64,000 bases of DNA from positions 375-64,374 of the forward strand of contig JAJCXR010000035.1 in assembly GCA_029263315.1 (NCBI GenBank), in the 5' to 3' direction. The notes beneath the pieces were generated by a model that ran no database searches, had not been told where the DNA came from, and saw only the letters and a program-made list of their open reading frames with translations. Both the position numbers and the translations under genes were made by a program. This stretch comes from Acidobacteriota bacterium (lineage in GTDB: Bacteria > Acidobacteriota > Thermoanaerobaculia > Multivoradales > J023). This document shows, one piece after another, positions 49,377 to 61,816 of the stretch (within the stretch, counting starts at the first letter, position 1; every line of letters starts with the position of its first letter).

Positions 49377-49696
49377 AAACGCTCTACGTTTAGATGCGCT
49401 TTGAGGTTACAAGATAGGGGTGATTTGCAGCAAGATCGGGGCCAAGCAACGACTTGCCGGTGTGACAGCTGCCGGTGCCCCGCTCCGGGTAGTCGCCAAG
49501 AATCGCATTTTCGGTCAGCAAGCTGTATAAATCTCAGGTCGAGGGCGTACAATCCGCAGTTCCTTTCCCCGACTTCCCCCTGGGTTATCAGATAGGGTTC
49601 AAGTGGCGTCGCAGGGCTGGCGAGCGTGGTGCTCAGCTACCGAGACGGTGTTATGTTGGACGCTCCCCATTGGAACGTACTGGAGGCTCGAATTAC

Positions 49697-50895
<1,199 letters not shown>

Positions 50896-50899
<4 letters not shown>

Positions 50900-52335
50900 G
50901 CGACGACGCCCCATCCCGAGCTTCCGGCGCTGCTGCCGAGGGCGCCGAGGACGACGCCCGCGGCGGTCTGATCGGCGGTCGCTTCGAGCAGCCGACGGGG
51001 GACGACATGTTGCGCTACTCGTCGTCCCTGGCGGTGGATCTGCGCATGCTCGACGAAGACGTGGCGGGTTCCCTCGCCCATGCCCGCATGCTGGGCGAGG
51101 TGGGTCTGCTCAGCGACGACGAGGTGACCACCCTCTGCCAGGGTTTGGAAGAGGTGCGCCGGGAGATCGCCGGTGGGACCTGGGTGCCCGATGATCGCCA
51201 TGAGGACATCCACATGGCGGTGGAAACCCGCCTCACCGAGTTGGTGGGTGAGGCCGGCAAGAAGTTGCATACCGCCCGTTCGCGCAACGATCAAGTGGCG
51301 ACCGATGTCCGTCTGTGGCTGAAGAAAGGGTTGCTCGCCCTCGGCCGTGCGGTCGAGGGTTTGGTCGCCGCCTTGCTGGCCCGCATCGAGGCGGACGGCC
51401 CTACGCTGATGCCCGGTTACACCCATTTGCAGCGCGGCCAGCCCATCCTCTTGGGGCACCATCTGCTGGCCCACATCGGGCCCTTGATGCGCGACCGGGA
51501 GCGCTTTTGCGACGCCTTCGGCCGGGTCGATCGGTCGCCCTTGGGGGCCTGTGCGATGGCCGGCACGCCCCATCCCATCGACCGCCGACGCAGCGCCGAG
51601 CTGCTGGGTTTCGGCACGCTGATGGAAAACGCCATGGACGCCGTCGCCGCCCGCGACCACGTCCAGGAAGTGGCGGCCGCCTGCGCCATTTGCATGACCC
51701 ACCTATCGCGTATGGCCGAGGAGCTGGTGTTGTGGTCGGCGGCGGAGTTTCGTTTTGTGCGCATGGGCGAAGCCTATGCCACCGGCTCGAGCATCATGCC
51801 CCAGAAGCGCAACCCCGACGCCGCCGAGTTGGTGCGGGGCAAGACGGCCCGAGTGCAAGGGGATTTGGTGTCCTTGCTGGCCATGGTCAAGAACCTGCCC
51901 CTGGCCTACAACCGGGATCTTCAAGAAGACCGCGAAAGCCTGTTCCACGCCGTCGAGACCACCCACGCCTCCCTCGAGATCTGCCGCGGCATGTGGCAGA
52001 CCCTAGAGATCTACGACCAACGTTTTGTCGCCGATCTGGAGGGGGATTTCAGCTTGGCCACCGAGCTGGCGGACCTCCTGGCCGGCCGTGGTGTGCCGTT
52101 CCGTGAAGCCCACGAGGTGGTGGGTCGCATCGTCCGTTGGTGCGAAGAGCAGGGCGGCAATCTATCCCTCTTCACCGTCGAGGTGGCGCAGACTTTCCAC
52201 CCGGCCTTTCCCGATGACCTGGGCGATTGGCTCGATCCCAGGGCCGCCGCCGAGCGTCGCAACTCCCTGGGTGGCACCGCCTGGAGCGAAGTCGAGCGAC
52301 AAGTGGCCCAGGTACGGCGCCAGTTGGAGACCTGA
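50896..52335 (+). CDS. argH: Argininosuccinate lyase
   Basis: [49 protein letters not shown]. Confidence 0.98.
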
Positions 52336-52364
52336 GGGCGTCCTTGCTGGCCCTCACCCCTGAG

Positions 52365-52608
52365 GCCCGGGGTGGCGTCGCTGCGCTCCTGACCCCGGGC
52401 TGATAGGGAGTATCCCTGCGGGATCAGAATGCCGAGGTGGCTGATTAGAGGTGCCAGGCGCCTGCGGATAGATGCTTCTCGAGATCGAAGAGAATCCCCC
52501 CTCGGTCCCCCCTTTTTCAAAGGGGGGAGGTCGAAAGGCCATATATCCATGGTTTAGCGAGAGACTCTGGTTCTCCCCCTTTAGCAAAGGCGGAGCTAGA
52601 GGGGGATT
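52365..52608. repeat. Cluster of three REP-like families between convergent argH and acyl-CoA dehydrogenase genes
   Basis: Family B at 52365-52424, family A GGTGCCAGGCGCCTGCGGA at 52450-52468, inverted pair of CCCCCTTT-N3-AAAGG units at 52493-52528 and 52574-52608. Confidence 0.75.
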
Positions 52609-52668
52609 TGAACGTTGGCTAGACGGGATCTTTGGGCGTTCGGCATCGTCGGGTGCCCGACGGTGCCC

Positions 52669-53877
52669 TCACCCCCCGTGACGCCTCAGCTCCAGCTTGG
52701 CCACCGTTTCCCGGTGCACCTCGTCGGGACCGTCGGCCAGCCGCAAGGTGCGGCTGTTGGCCCACAGGAAAGCCAACGGCGTATCACCGCTGACGCCGGC
52801 TCCGCCGTGGGCCTGGATGGCGCGGTCGAGCACGTCGAGGGCGACGTTGGGGGCCACCACTTTGATCATGGCGATGTCGGCCCGGGCCACCTTGTTGCCC
52901 ACCGTATCCATCTTGTGGGCCGCCGCCAGGGTGAGCAGACGCGCCTGGTCGATCTGAATGCGGCTGTTGGCGATGTCGGCGCGGATCGTGCCCTGCTCGG
53001 CCAGGGTGCGGCCGAAGGCGACCCGGGAGGTGACCCGTTGGCACATCAGCTCGAGGGCCCGCTCGGCAACACCGATCAAGCGCATGCAGTGGTGGATGCG
53101 TCCGGGGCCGAGGCGCCCTTGGGCGATCTCGAAACCCCGGCCTTCCCCCAGCAGCATATGATCCGCCGGCACCCGGACGTTGTCGAAGTGGATCTCGGCG
53201 TGACCATGGGGTGCGTCGTCGTAGCCGAAGACGGTGAGCATGCGGCGGACGGTGATGCCGGGGGTGTCGAGGGGTACCAGAATCATTGAATGGGCGTGGT
53301 GGCGCGAGGCGGCGTTGGGGCTGCGGCCGAGAAAAATGGCCACCCGGCAGCGCCGATCACCGGCCCCGGAGGTCCACCACTTGGTACCGTTGAGCACGTA
53401 CTCGTTGCCGTCGCGCTCGATGGTCGCTTGGATGTTGGTGGCATCGGAGGAGGCCACGTCCGGCTCCGTCATGGCGAAGCAGGAGCGGATCACCCCGGCC
53501 AGCAATGGCTGCAACCAGCGTTCCTTCTGAGCGCTGCTGCCGTAGCGCTCCAGGACCTCCATGTTGCCGGTGTCGGGGGCGGCGCAGTTGAAGATCTCAG
53601 GCGCCCAAGGCACCCGTCCCATCACCTCGCACAGCGGTGCGTACTCCAGATTGCTAAGGCCAGCTCCCCGCTTGCTGTCCGGCAGAAAGAGATTCCATAG
53701 GCCGGCGGCTTGGGCCTTGGCCTTGAGTTGCTCGACGATGGGCGGCACTTGCCAGCGATCCTCAGAAGCCCCGTGTTGCTCGAGGTAGGTGGGCTCGTTG
53801 GGGTAGACATGCTCGTCCATGAAGGCCCGTAGACGTTGATGGTAGTCACTGGCGCGGGGCGTCGGGTCGAAGATCAT
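52669..53877 (-). CDS. Acyl-CoA dehydrogenase (ACAD10/11-like)
   Basis: [63 protein letters not shown]. Confidence 0.95.
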   Translation of the reverse strand: MIFDPTPRASDYHQRLRAFMDEHVYPNEPTYLEQHGASEDRWQVPPIVEQLKAKAQAAGLWNLFLPDSKRGAGLSNLEYAPLCEVMGRVPWAPEIFNCAAPDTGNMEVLERYGSSAQKERWLQPLLAGVIRSCFAMTEPDVASSDATNIQATIERDGNEYVLNGTKWWTSGAGDRRCRVAIFLGRSPNAASRHHAHSMILVPLDTPGITVRRMLTVFGYDDAPHGHAEIHFDNVRVPADHMLLGEGRGFEIAQGRLGPGRIHHCMRLIGVAERALELMCQRVTSRVAFGRTLAEQGTIRADIANSRIQIDQARLLTLAAAHKMDTVGNKVARADIAMIKVVAPNVALDVLDRAIQAHGGAGVSGDTPLAFLWANSRTLRLADGPDEVHRETVAKLELRRHGG

Positions 53878-54000
53878 GGGCGGTGGGCTCCTATCAGCTC
53901 ATTGAGAAAACCTGTGGACCAATGACCGTCAGGATACCGGCTGTTGTCGCGTATTCCAACGCAGGGGCGATTTCCCATCGTCCCGACTTGTGGCTAAACT

Positions 54001-55020
54001 ATGGCAGGAGACGACCCCCAAATGGACCTGCAATTCACCGGTGAACGCCTGATCCCAGGGCAAAGTGATCCGCTTCTGGAGGAGGAGCATCGGGCCCGCT
54101 ATCGCTTGGCGGCCGAGTGGCTGACGGGGCGGCAACGGGTGCTCGATTTCGGCTGTGGCGAAGGGTACGGCACGGAGATTCTTCAGGACGGTGGCGCCGA
54201 CAGCGTATTTGGAACTGATATCGCCATCGATACAATCGTCCATGGGCGACGTCGCTACGGCTCCGATCGTCGTCACTTCACGGTCACCGACTGCCAACGG
54301 AGCTGTTTGCGCGACCAAAGCTTTGATGGCATCGTCGCTTTGGAGGTCATCGAGCATGTGCGGAGCCCACACTTTGTGCTGGAGGAAGCCCGGCGCCTGC
54401 TCACCAAAGACGGTCTGTTGGTGGTCTCGACCCCTGACAAGAAGGTCTACAGCGACGAAACCGGCTTCGAGAATCCCTTTCATCACCAAGAGCTCTATCC
54501 GGAAGAGCTCGAAGCCTTGGTGGCGGAGTATTTTCCCTACTACCTGATGGCGGTGCAGACCTTGGCGGAAGGCCAGGGGTTCTTCGCCGAGCCCGCAACG
54601 CCAGCTGCACCGGGGCGCCTCGTGCCCCCGGTGCTCGACGCTCCGCCCACCGGCCCCTATCTGCTGGTCTGCGCCTCCCAGTCCCCACTGCCACCGAGGA
54701 TCGCCGCCAGTCTACCGGCCGTCTACCTCGGGCGCGGCGACGAAAACTTTCGGCTGCGGCGGTCCATTCTTCGATTGCATGGTGAATTCGAAGAGCGCAG
54801 CGCCTGGGCGTTGGATCTCAATCGGCAGCTGAATGACCGCAACGAACGCATTCTCGCCCTGCAGAAAGAATTCGAAGAGCGCAGCGCCTGGGCCTTGAGC
54901 CTCAATGAAGACAATCAACGGTTGCGGCGCTTGTCGGAGGAGCAGGCGGAGGAAATCCGGCGGCTAGAAGGTCGTCTCCAGGTGCTGTCCAGGGAAATGG
55001 CTGACCTCGAGACCTCTTGA
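54001..55020 (+). CDS. Class I SAM-dependent methyltransferase with C-terminal coiled coil
   Basis: FTGERLIPG, VLDFGCGEGYG, ALEVIEHV, STP, NPFHHQE; duplicated EFEERSAWAL heptad block. Confidence 0.88.
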   Translation: MAGDDPQMDLQFTGERLIPGQSDPLLEEEHRARYRLAAEWLTGRQRVLDFGCGEGYGTEILQDGGADSVFGTDIAIDTIVHGRRRYGSDRRHFTVTDCQRSCLRDQSFDGIVALEVIEHVRSPHFVLEEARRLLTKDGLLVVSTPDKKVYSDETGFENPFHHQELYPEELEALVAEYFPYYLMAVQTLAEGQGFFAEPATPAAPGRLVPPVLDAPPTGPYLLVCASQSPLPPRIAASLPAVYLGRGDENFRLRRSILRLHGEFEERSAWALDLNRQLNDRNERILALQKEFEERSAWALSLNEDNQRLRRLSEEQAEEIRRLEGRLQVLSREMADLETS

Positions 55021-55097
55021 TCGCCAGACCCTTGATCGTCGCTTCACCTTCCAGTCCAGGCAAATCTGTAACCTGAGCCGGTACCGTGGCAACATAA

Positions 55098-55181
55098 GAA
55101 GACGACAACACTTGAAGACGGTACTTTAGAAGACTGCAACTCTAGAAGACTGCAACTCTAAAAGACTGCAACTCTAAAGAC
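55098..55181. repeat. 15-16-nt period tandem repeat (TAGAAGACTGCAACTC), about 6 units
   Basis: GAAGAC/AAAGAC at 55098, 55114, 55129, 55145, 55161 and 55176; three near-perfect central units. Confidence 0.8.
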
Positions 55182-55247
55182 CCTGCCCGATGCCTTGACG
55201 CGTGCTACACATTTCTGGAGCACGCCGTTGGTGCCCCAGGAGCTTGC

Positions 55248-56519
55248 ATGGAAATCCTTACTTTAGCCCTCATCGCCGCCAGCGTTCTTGGTTTTGGCCT
55301 CGTTTCGGCCAAAGCCCAGAAGACGATCTTTACCCCGCCCATCGTTTTTGTCGGCGTCGGCTGGTTATTGGCAGAGCATGGGTTCGGAATCCTCGATCTG
55401 AACATCGAAGAGCATGCCATCCACACCTTGGCCGAGCTCACCCTGGTGTTGGTATTGTTCACCGACGCCTCGCGGATCAACCTTTCTCAGCTGCGTCGAG
55501 AGCACGCCCTGCCGGTGCGTCTGCTGACCATTGGCCTGCCCTTGACCATTGGCCTGGGCGCTCTGGCGGCGGTCTGGCTCTTTCCCCATTTCACCCTCTG
55601 GGAAGCGGCCCTGCTGGCGGCGGTGCTGGCACCCACCGACGCTGCCCTGGGCCAGGCGGTGGTCAGCTCACCCAAGGTGCCGGTGCAGATTCGCCAAGCT
55701 CTCAATGTGGAGAGCGGCCTCAACGACGGCATTGCGCTGCCGGTGGTGCTGCTCTTCCTCTCCGCTTGCTCGGCGGCGGTGGAAGGCGGAGGCGGGGCAT
55801 CGTACTGGCTGCGCTTCGCCGCCTTGCAAGTGACCCTCGGACCTTTGGTGGGCATCCTCGTCGGATGGCTCGGGGGTCGCTTGGTGGAGAAGGCGACGGT
55901 CACCGGATGGATGAACCAATCCTTCCAGAACTTGGCGTCCTTGGGCTTGGCGGTCCTCGCCTTTGGAGGCGCCGAATTGGTCGGTGGCAACGGCTTCATC
56001 GCCGCCTTTGTGGCCGGCCTCACCCTGGGCAATGTCACCCGTCACAACTGCGAGTGTCTCTACGAGTTTGCCGAAGCCGAAGGGCAGCTGATGACGCTGC
56101 TGGTATTTTTGGTCTTCGGCGCTGCCATGGTGCCCGAAGCCCTGGCCCATGCCGGATGGCAGACATTTCTCTATGCCGTGCTCAGCTTGACGGTCATCCG
56201 CATGCTGCCGGTATTTCTCAGCTTGCTCGGCCTCAAGTTGCGACCAGCCACCATCGGTTTCCTGGCCTGGTTTGGGCCCCGCGGCATCGCCTCGATTCTT
56301 TTTGGCCTACTGGTGGTCAGCGAGTCGATTCTCGGCGGCGGCGAGGAGATTTTCAGCGTCGTCCTGGTGACGGTGCTGTTGAGCGTCCTGTTGCACGGCA
56401 TCACGTCCTATCCGGGGGCCGTCTGGTACTCGAAGCACACCGAAAAATTCTCCCCAGAGGACGCGATGGAGCTACAACCGGTGCCCGAAATGCGAGTGCG
56501 GATTCGCCACGAGGGTTGA
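55248..56519 (+). CDS. Cation:proton antiporter (CPA1 family)
   Basis: About 12 TM segments, LFTDA, LAPTDAAL, NVESGLNDG, WFGPRGIAS. Confidence 0.92.
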   Translation: MEILTLALIAASVLGFGLVSAKAQKTIFTPPIVFVGVGWLLAEHGFGILDLNIEEHAIHTLAELTLVLVLFTDASRINLSQLRREHALPVRLLTIGLPLTIGLGALAAVWLFPHFTLWEAALLAAVLAPTDAALGQAVVSSPKVPVQIRQALNVESGLNDGIALPVVLLFLSACSAAVEGGGGASYWLRFAALQVTLGPLVGILVGWLGGRLVEKATVTGWMNQSFQNLASLGLAVLAFGGAELVGGNGFIAAFVAGLTLGNVTRHNCECLYEFAEAEGQLMTLLVFLVFGAAMVPEALAHAGWQTFLYAVLSLTVIRMLPVFLSLLGLKLRPATIGFLAWFGPRGIASILFGLLVVSESILGGGEEIFSVVLVTVLLSVLLHGITSYPGAVWYSKHTEKFSPEDAMELQPVPEMRVRIRHEG

Positions 56520-56542
56520 GCGGTTTGGATCCCACGCAGGCT

Positions 56543-56579
56543 CCCTCTCCCGTCCCCGGGAGAGGGCGGGGGGTGAGGG
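56543..56579. repeat. REP-like palindrome CCCTCTCCCG-N4-CGGGAGAGGG plus GGGGTGAGGG tail
   Basis: Perfect 10-bp stem between convergent antiporter and tkt genes. Confidence 0.6.
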
Positions 56580-56603
56580 GGGCGGAGCCTCATCAAGGCT
56601 CGA

Positions 56604-58616
56604 TCAGAGCAGCGCTTCCACCCGCCGCACCACATTGTCGGTGGTGAAACCGTAGTGCTCGGCCAGGTCCGCCAGCGGCGCCGAGGCGCCAAAGCCGTCG
56701 ATGCCCAGGATGTCACCTTGGGCACCCACGTACTTGTGCCAACCCATGGGAGAGCCCGCTTCGATGGCCAAGCGACGGCCCACGGCGCTCGGCAACACCG
56801 ATTCGCGATAGGCCTCGTCTTGGGCATCGAAGAGGCTCCAGCAGGGCATGCTCACCACCCGAGCAGCGATGCCCTTGTCCGCCAGCTGGGCCTGGGAGGC
56901 CACCGCCAAGGGGACTTCGGAGCCGCTGGCGATGAGCAGCACTTGCGGCTCACCATCGCAGTCGGACACCACGTAAGCACCCCGGGAGACGCCGTCCGCT
57001 GCTTTGTCGGCCGTCCCTTCGAGGGTGGGCAGGCTTTGGCGGGTCAAAGCCAAGGCTGTGGGCCCAGAGGTGTTCTCTAGGGCCACCCGCCAGGCGGCGG
57101 AGGTTTCGTTGGCGTCGCCGGGACGCAATACCGTCAAGCCCGGGATCGAGCGCAGGGACAGCAGCTGGCTGATCGGTTGATGGGTGGGGCCGTCCTCGCC
57201 GAGGAAGATCGAGTCGTGGGTCAGGATGTAGATGGTGGGCAAACCCATCAGCGCCGCCAGGCGAATGGCCGGTCGCATGTAGTCCGAGAAGATGAGAAAC
57301 GTGCCGCCGTAAGGTCGCAGCAGGCCGCTCAAGGCCATGCCGTTCATCGCCGAGGCCATGGCATGCTCGCGCACCCCGAAGTGGAAGTTGCGACCGCCCG
57401 GCGTCTGGGGGGAGAAGAAGTCTGCCCCCGGCACCGTGGTGTTGTTGGAGCCCGCCAAGTCCGCCGAGCCACCCACCAACTCCGGCAGGTGGGGCGCGAT
57501 GGCGGTCAGCACCTTACCGGAGGATTTGCGGGTGGCGAGGTTGCCGTCTTCGGGGCGGAAGGTGGGCAGCTCGAGGTTGTCCGGCAATTGCCTCGCCATG
57601 CGTCGGTCGAGGTCCGCCGCCAACTCGGGATGGGCCTGGCGATAGGTGCTGAGCATTTCCTGCCAGGCGGTCTGCCGTTCACCCCCCTCGGTGATCACGT
57701 GGGCAAAGGCACGACGCGCCGTCTCCGGCACGTGCAGCTCCGGCTCGAGGGGCCAACCCAGGGCTTCCTTGGTGAGCCGGCGCTCTTCGCTGCCCAGGGG
57801 TGCACCATGGGACGACGAGCTGTCTTGCTTGTTGGGGCTACCGAAGCCGATGTGGGTGCGTACCCGCACCAGGGTGGGGCGCTGCGTCTCCGCCTTGGCG
57901 GCCACCATGGCGGCGTCGAGGGCCGTCAAGTCGTTGCCGTCCTCCACTTCCAGGGTGTGCCAGCCATAGGCTTGGTAGCGGGCGACCACATCTTCGGTGA
58001 AGGAAATGTCGGTGGAGCCGTCGATGGTGATGCGATTGTCGTCGTAGAAGACGATCAGCTTGCCCAGGGCCATGTGGCCGGCCATCGACGAAGCCTCCGC
58101 GGCGATTCCTTCCATCAAGTCACCGTCACTGGCCAGCACCCAGGTGTGGTGGTCGAAGAGGGGAAAGCCGTCGCGGTTGAATTGGGCCGCTAGCATCCGC
58201 TCGGCAATGGCCATGCCGACGGCGTTGCCCAAGCCTTGGCCGAGGGGGCCGGTGGTGGTCTCGACACCGACGGTGTGGCCGTACTCCGGATGCCCCGGGG
58301 TCTTGGAGTGCAGCTGGCGAAAGTTGATCAGCTCGTCCAAGGGGAGGTCGTAGCCGCTCAAGTGCAAGAGCGAGTAGATCAGCGCCGAGGCATGGCCGCA
58401 GGAGAGCACAAAACGATCGCGATTGGGCCAGTCGGGGGTCGACGGATCGTGCCGCAGATGGCGCGTCCACAGTTGGTAGGCCAGGGCCGCCTGGCCCATG
58501 GGGGCGCCCGGGTGGCCGCTGTTGGCCTGTTCCACCATATCCACCGCCAAAAAGCGGAGGGTGTTGATCGCAATCTGGTCCGGGTCGCGGGGGTCGAGGT
58601 TCGCCGGGTCAGTCAT
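56604..58616 (-). CDS. tkt: Transketolase
   Basis: [66 protein letters not shown]. Confidence 0.98.
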   Translation of the reverse strand: MTDPANLDPRDPDQIAINTLRFLAVDMVEQANSGHPGAPMGQAALAYQLWTRHLRHDPSTPDWPNRDRFVLSCGHASALIYSLLHLSGYDLPLDELINFRQLHSKTPGHPEYGHTVGVETTTGPLGQGLGNAVGMAIAERMLAAQFNRDGFPLFDHHTWVLASDGDLMEGIAAEASSMAGHMALGKLIVFYDDNRITIDGSTDISFTEDVVARYQAYGWHTLEVEDGNDLTALDAAMVAAKAETQRPTLVRVRTHIGFGSPNKQDSSSSHGAPLGSEERRLTKEALGWPLEPELHVPETARRAFAHVITEGGERQTAWQEMLSTYRQAHPELAADLDRRMARQLPDNLELPTFRPEDGNLATRKSSGKVLTAIAPHLPELVGGSADLAGSNNTTVPGADFFSPQTPGGRNFHFGVREHAMASAMNGMALSGLLRPYGGTFLIFSDYMRPAIRLAALMGLPTIYILTHDSIFLGEDGPTHQPISQLLSLRSIPGLTVLRPGDANETSAAWRVALENTSGPTALALTRQSLPTLEGTADKAADGVSRGAYVVSDCDGEPQVLLIASGSEVPLAVASQAQLADKGIAARVVSMPCWSLFDAQDEAYRESVLPSAVGRRLAIEAGSPMGWHKYVGAQGDILGIDGFGASAPLADLAEHYGFTTDNVVRRVEALL

Positions 58617-58734
58617 TGGGTGCCTCCAGGAATCGTCTGGACAGGGGGAAATAGGGGCGCCGTCCGTCGACAGACACGTCCTGTGGTCTTGGCATCATGG
58701 GAAAATATCGGGGCTGAAGCTCAGCGAAGGGATT

Positions 58735-58833
<99 letters not shown>

Positions 58834-58848
58834 GCGGTCGGGAGGCGA

Positions 58849-58877
58849 AGTTTACTGACACCGTGGCCGGGAGTCAA
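58849..58877 (-). promoter_or_regulatory. Sigma70-type promoter of tRNA-Ser
   Basis: Minus strand TTGACT-N17-TAAACT followed by a GC-rich discriminator, 15 nt upstream of the tRNA. Confidence 0.75.
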
Positions 58878-59054
58878 AGCCCTTGTGCACCCGATTGAGG
58901 ATTTTTGCGACCGTCGAACGGCTTCCCGCCTTGAGCCGCGCTCCGGGGGCGTGTTAGCGTCCCGTTGCGGGCGTCCAACAGCATCGTTCATCCGGCCAGC
59001 ATCATTGATCCGGCCAGGGCCGCCACGCCACATCTCAACCCCGAGGTACAGATC

Positions 59055-60521
59055 ATGTCGAGTCATTCCGTCGGACCGGTACGGGTCCGCTTTCCCCCGT
59101 CCCCCACCGGTTTCCTCCACGTCGGCGGCGCCCGCACCGCCATCTACAACGATTTGCTACGCCACCACCACGGCGGTAGCTTTGTGCTGCGCATCGAGGA
59201 TACCGACCGCCAGCGCTCCGATCAGGCGATGACCCGGCAGATCCTCTCCGCCCTGCAATGGCTCGGCATCCAGCACGACGAGGGCCCCTTCCTACAGAGC
59301 GACAACGTCGAGAAGCATCGCCAGGCGGCCATGCGGCTGCTCGACGAGGGCAAGGCTTACCACTGCTTTCACGGGCAAGAGGAAGTGGAAGCGATGCGCA
59401 CCGCCGCCCTCTCCAGGGGCGAGAATTTTCAGTATCGCACCTATTTCCGGGAGCCGGCCAGCGACGAGGTGTCGCGCCGTATCGCCGCCGGCGAGGCTTA
59501 CGCCATCCGTTTCCGCATGCCCAAGGAGGCGGTGAGCTTCCACGATGTCGTGCGCGGTGATGTCTCGTTTCCGGCCGAAGGTCTCGACGACTTCATCATC
59601 CTGCGCTCCGACGGCACCCCCACCTACCATCTGTCCGTGGTCTGTGACGACATCGAGCATCGGGTGAGCCACATCTTCCGCGGCGAAGATCACGTCTCCA
59701 ATACCCCGAAACACATCCCCCTCTTCGAAGCCCTCGGCGCCCCGGTGCCCGTCTTCGGTCACTTGCCGATGATCATGGGGCCCAACAAGAAGCGTCTGTC
59801 GAAGCGCACCGGCGCCGCCTCCGTCGAAGAGTTTCGCGACCAGGGCATCCTGCCGCAAGCCCTCTACAACTACCTCGCCCTGCTCGGCTGGTCCCCCGGC
59901 GACGACCGCGAGGTGATGAGCCGGCAAGAGATGGTCGATGCCATCTCCATCGATCGCCTGGTCACCTCCTCCGCCGTCTTCGACTACGACAAGCTGGCCT
60001 GGATGAACGCCCAATACATGTCCGGCGAGCCCCTCGAGCAAATCCTCCACCACGCCAAGCCCTTCCTCGCCGCGCAGGGCCTCTCCGAAGTCGAGCCGCA
60101 GCGCTTGGCCGCCGTCGTCGACCTCTACCGTCAACGGGCCCACAACCTCAAAGAGCTGGCCCAGTTCATCGAGCCCTTCTTCCAAGAGCAGCTAACCTAC
60201 GACCCCGAGCTGTGCAAGAAATTTCTCAAGGACCCCGCCATCCCCGGCCTCGTCGACAGCCTCGCCGAGCGCTACGGCGCCCTCGATACGTTCGACATCG
60301 AGAGCACCGAGGCCGCCCTACGCCAGCTCGCCACCGAGCAAGAAATCAAACCCGGCGTCCTCATCCACCCCACCCGCATGGCCCTCACCGCCAGCAAGGC
60401 CGGGCCGCCCCTCTTCGACGTCGTCGCCGCCATGGGCCAAGCCGAAAGCCAGCGTCATCTGCACCACTTCGCCAACTACCTGAGGCAAGCCCAAGACGTC
60501 GCCGAAGTGGCAAACCCTTGA
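59055..60521 (+). CDS. gltX: Glutamate--tRNA ligase
   Basis: VRVRFPPSPTGFLHVGGART, LRIEDTD, PTYHLSVVCDD, RGEDH, KRLSKR, GPPLF. Confidence 0.97.
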   Translation: MSSHSVGPVRVRFPPSPTGFLHVGGARTAIYNDLLRHHHGGSFVLRIEDTDRQRSDQAMTRQILSALQWLGIQHDEGPFLQSDNVEKHRQAAMRLLDEGKAYHCFHGQEEVEAMRTAALSRGENFQYRTYFREPASDEVSRRIAAGEAYAIRFRMPKEAVSFHDVVRGDVSFPAEGLDDFIILRSDGTPTYHLSVVCDDIEHRVSHIFRGEDHVSNTPKHIPLFEALGAPVPVFGHLPMIMGPNKKRLSKRTGAASVEEFRDQGILPQALYNYLALLGWSPGDDREVMSRQEMVDAISIDRLVTSSAVFDYDKLAWMNAQYMSGEPLEQILHHAKPFLAAQGLSEVEPQRLAAVVDLYRQRAHNLKELAQFIEPFFQEQLTYDPELCKKFLKDPAIPGLVDSLAERYGALDTFDIESTEAALRQLATEQEIKPGVLIHPTRMALTASKAGPPLFDVVAAMGQAESQRHLHHFANYLRQAQDVAEVANP

Positions 60522-60547
60522 CCTCATCAAAAGGCGGACTATAAAAT
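60518..60547 (+). promoter_or_regulatory. Sigma70-type promoter of tRNA-Gln
   Basis: TTGACC then TATAAA (N16) or TAAAAT (N18), followed by a GC-rich discriminator. Confidence 0.6.
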
Positions 60548-60559
60548 CCGCCTCCTTGG

Positions 60560-60633
60560 TGGGAGTTCGTCTAATGGTAGGACATACGGCTCTGGACCGT
60601 AGAATCGGGGTTCGAATCCCTGACTCCCAGCCA
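60560..60633 (+). tRNA. tRNA-Gln(CTG)
   Basis: TGGGAGT acceptor stem, TACGG-CT-CTG-GA-CCGTA anticodon arm, GGTTCGAATCC, ACTCCCA-G-CCA. Confidence 0.96.
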
Positions 60634-60960
60634 ACCTCTTCTCTTCTTCAATAGAATCAGCGGTTTGCGCTTGTCTCGGTGGGGCAAGTGACATTTTCAA
60701 GAGTCATTTGTTGCTGGCTGGGCTGGGACACGTGTGCTTGTGTGGAGAGTTTCCTCTTCTGACCGCCCCACGACCATGGCACTGACGTCATGGGTCGCCG
60801 CGTGGTGGCCAAGGGGGACGTATGTCCAAAGAGGTCGTGGCAGTGCTTTTTGCTTTGCTGGTGTTCTCCGGCTTCCCGGCTGCCAATCAGCCAGGTACGG
60901 GAGACGATCCGATCGATCTTCAGCTCCATCTCTCTTCAGCTCCATCACTGTGTTCGTTTT

Positions 60961-61449
60961 CTAATCTGGAGAAAACTCCGTGCGCACAACTTTTCCCTTT
61001 TCCAGGTATACCACTCCCACATCGGAGTCATAGCGAGTCTCATCGCTGTGACAAAAGCTCATCGTTGTCGCTGACTGATGTACCAATTTATAGCCAGCCA
61101 TGATTTCTGACACTTCTCCGACGGTCATCCGTGGATCTATTTGACGGAAATCTTGCAAGAATACTTTCCTCGTATTCCACGGCGTCAAAAAAAGAATCAA
61201 GAGAACGGCGACAAAGGCAACGCTGACTACTGCCACTCGCCTCGCAGCATCCGGAGAGAACTTCAGGGTAATCACTGCGCAGAGCAGGCCAAGAATCCCG
61301 ACAAGAACATACGATCCTTGCGAAAGGGGGATTCGCAGAACGACTTCAATGAAAGCGACTAGGGAAAGACCCAAAGTCGCCAAGATTCCGTAGAGCACGA
61401 CGATCGTAACCCTCTCTGCTGGCAAAGCTGCACTCTCTACAGAGGACAT
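60961..61449 (-). CDS. Hypothetical membrane protein with SmpA/BamE-like C-terminal motif
   Basis: Three hydrophobic segments, then FRQIDPRMTVGEVSEIMAG, resembling I..GMT..EV..LG; start uncertain. Confidence 0.5.
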   Translation of the reverse strand: MSSVESAALPAERVTIVVLYGILATLGLSLVAFIEVVLRIPLSQGSYVLVGILGLLCAVITLKFSPDAARRVAVVSVAFVAVLLILFLTPWNTRKVFLQDFRQIDPRMTVGEVSEIMAGYKLVHQSATTMSFCHSDETRYDSDVGVVYLEKGKVVRTEFSPD

Positions 61450-61816
61450 GCTGGCCAACCAATCCCGATAACGATGGCGCAGAGAAACCGCTTGTGATTC
61501 ATCCTCAGTCCTTCCAAAGAAAATATTTGCTGACTCTTTCCTTACTCCATCAGATCCTGTGCGTTCCCTCGGTCTCTGAAAAGAAGAGCGCACGAAGGGG
61601 AACACCTTTCGACCATTGTTGGAAGGTTCACCGATACCATGCAGGGAGTCATCGGGCCCGATCGCTCAAAATTTTGCCCAGTGTCGACTTATGAAAGTTT
61701 ATACCAGATCAGCGTAGCCGAAAAGCCGGAAAAGTTAGTGCGGTGTATGGCGTAATGATTGTACACAGGGGGCAATTGGAGGCCGGCCAATCAGCCTCGA
61801 GGATGTACTCTTAGCT

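Noticed and set aside
49377-49696. ARG box or riboswitch upstream of argG
   Set aside because: TGTATAAATCTCA is only a weak partial match with no tandem partner, and I saw no recognisable riboswitch fold.
55098-55181. Mini-CRISPR or toxin-antitoxin RNA array
   Set aside because: The units are contiguous 15-16-mers with no unique spacers and no adjacent Cas or toxin gene; kept as a tandem repeat only.
59055-60633. gltX/tRNA genes as dedicated suppliers of Glu-tRNA for LanB
   Set aside because: They lie about 14 kb away behind unrelated housekeeping genes, the adjacent tRNAs are Gln and Ser rather than Glu, and gltX beside tRNA-Gln is an ordinary arrangement.
60822-61103. 93-aa ORF with a signal-like N-terminus
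   Set aside because: It overlaps the better-supported minus-strand membrane protein by 143 nt and has no recognisable domain; possibly a fragment, so not called.
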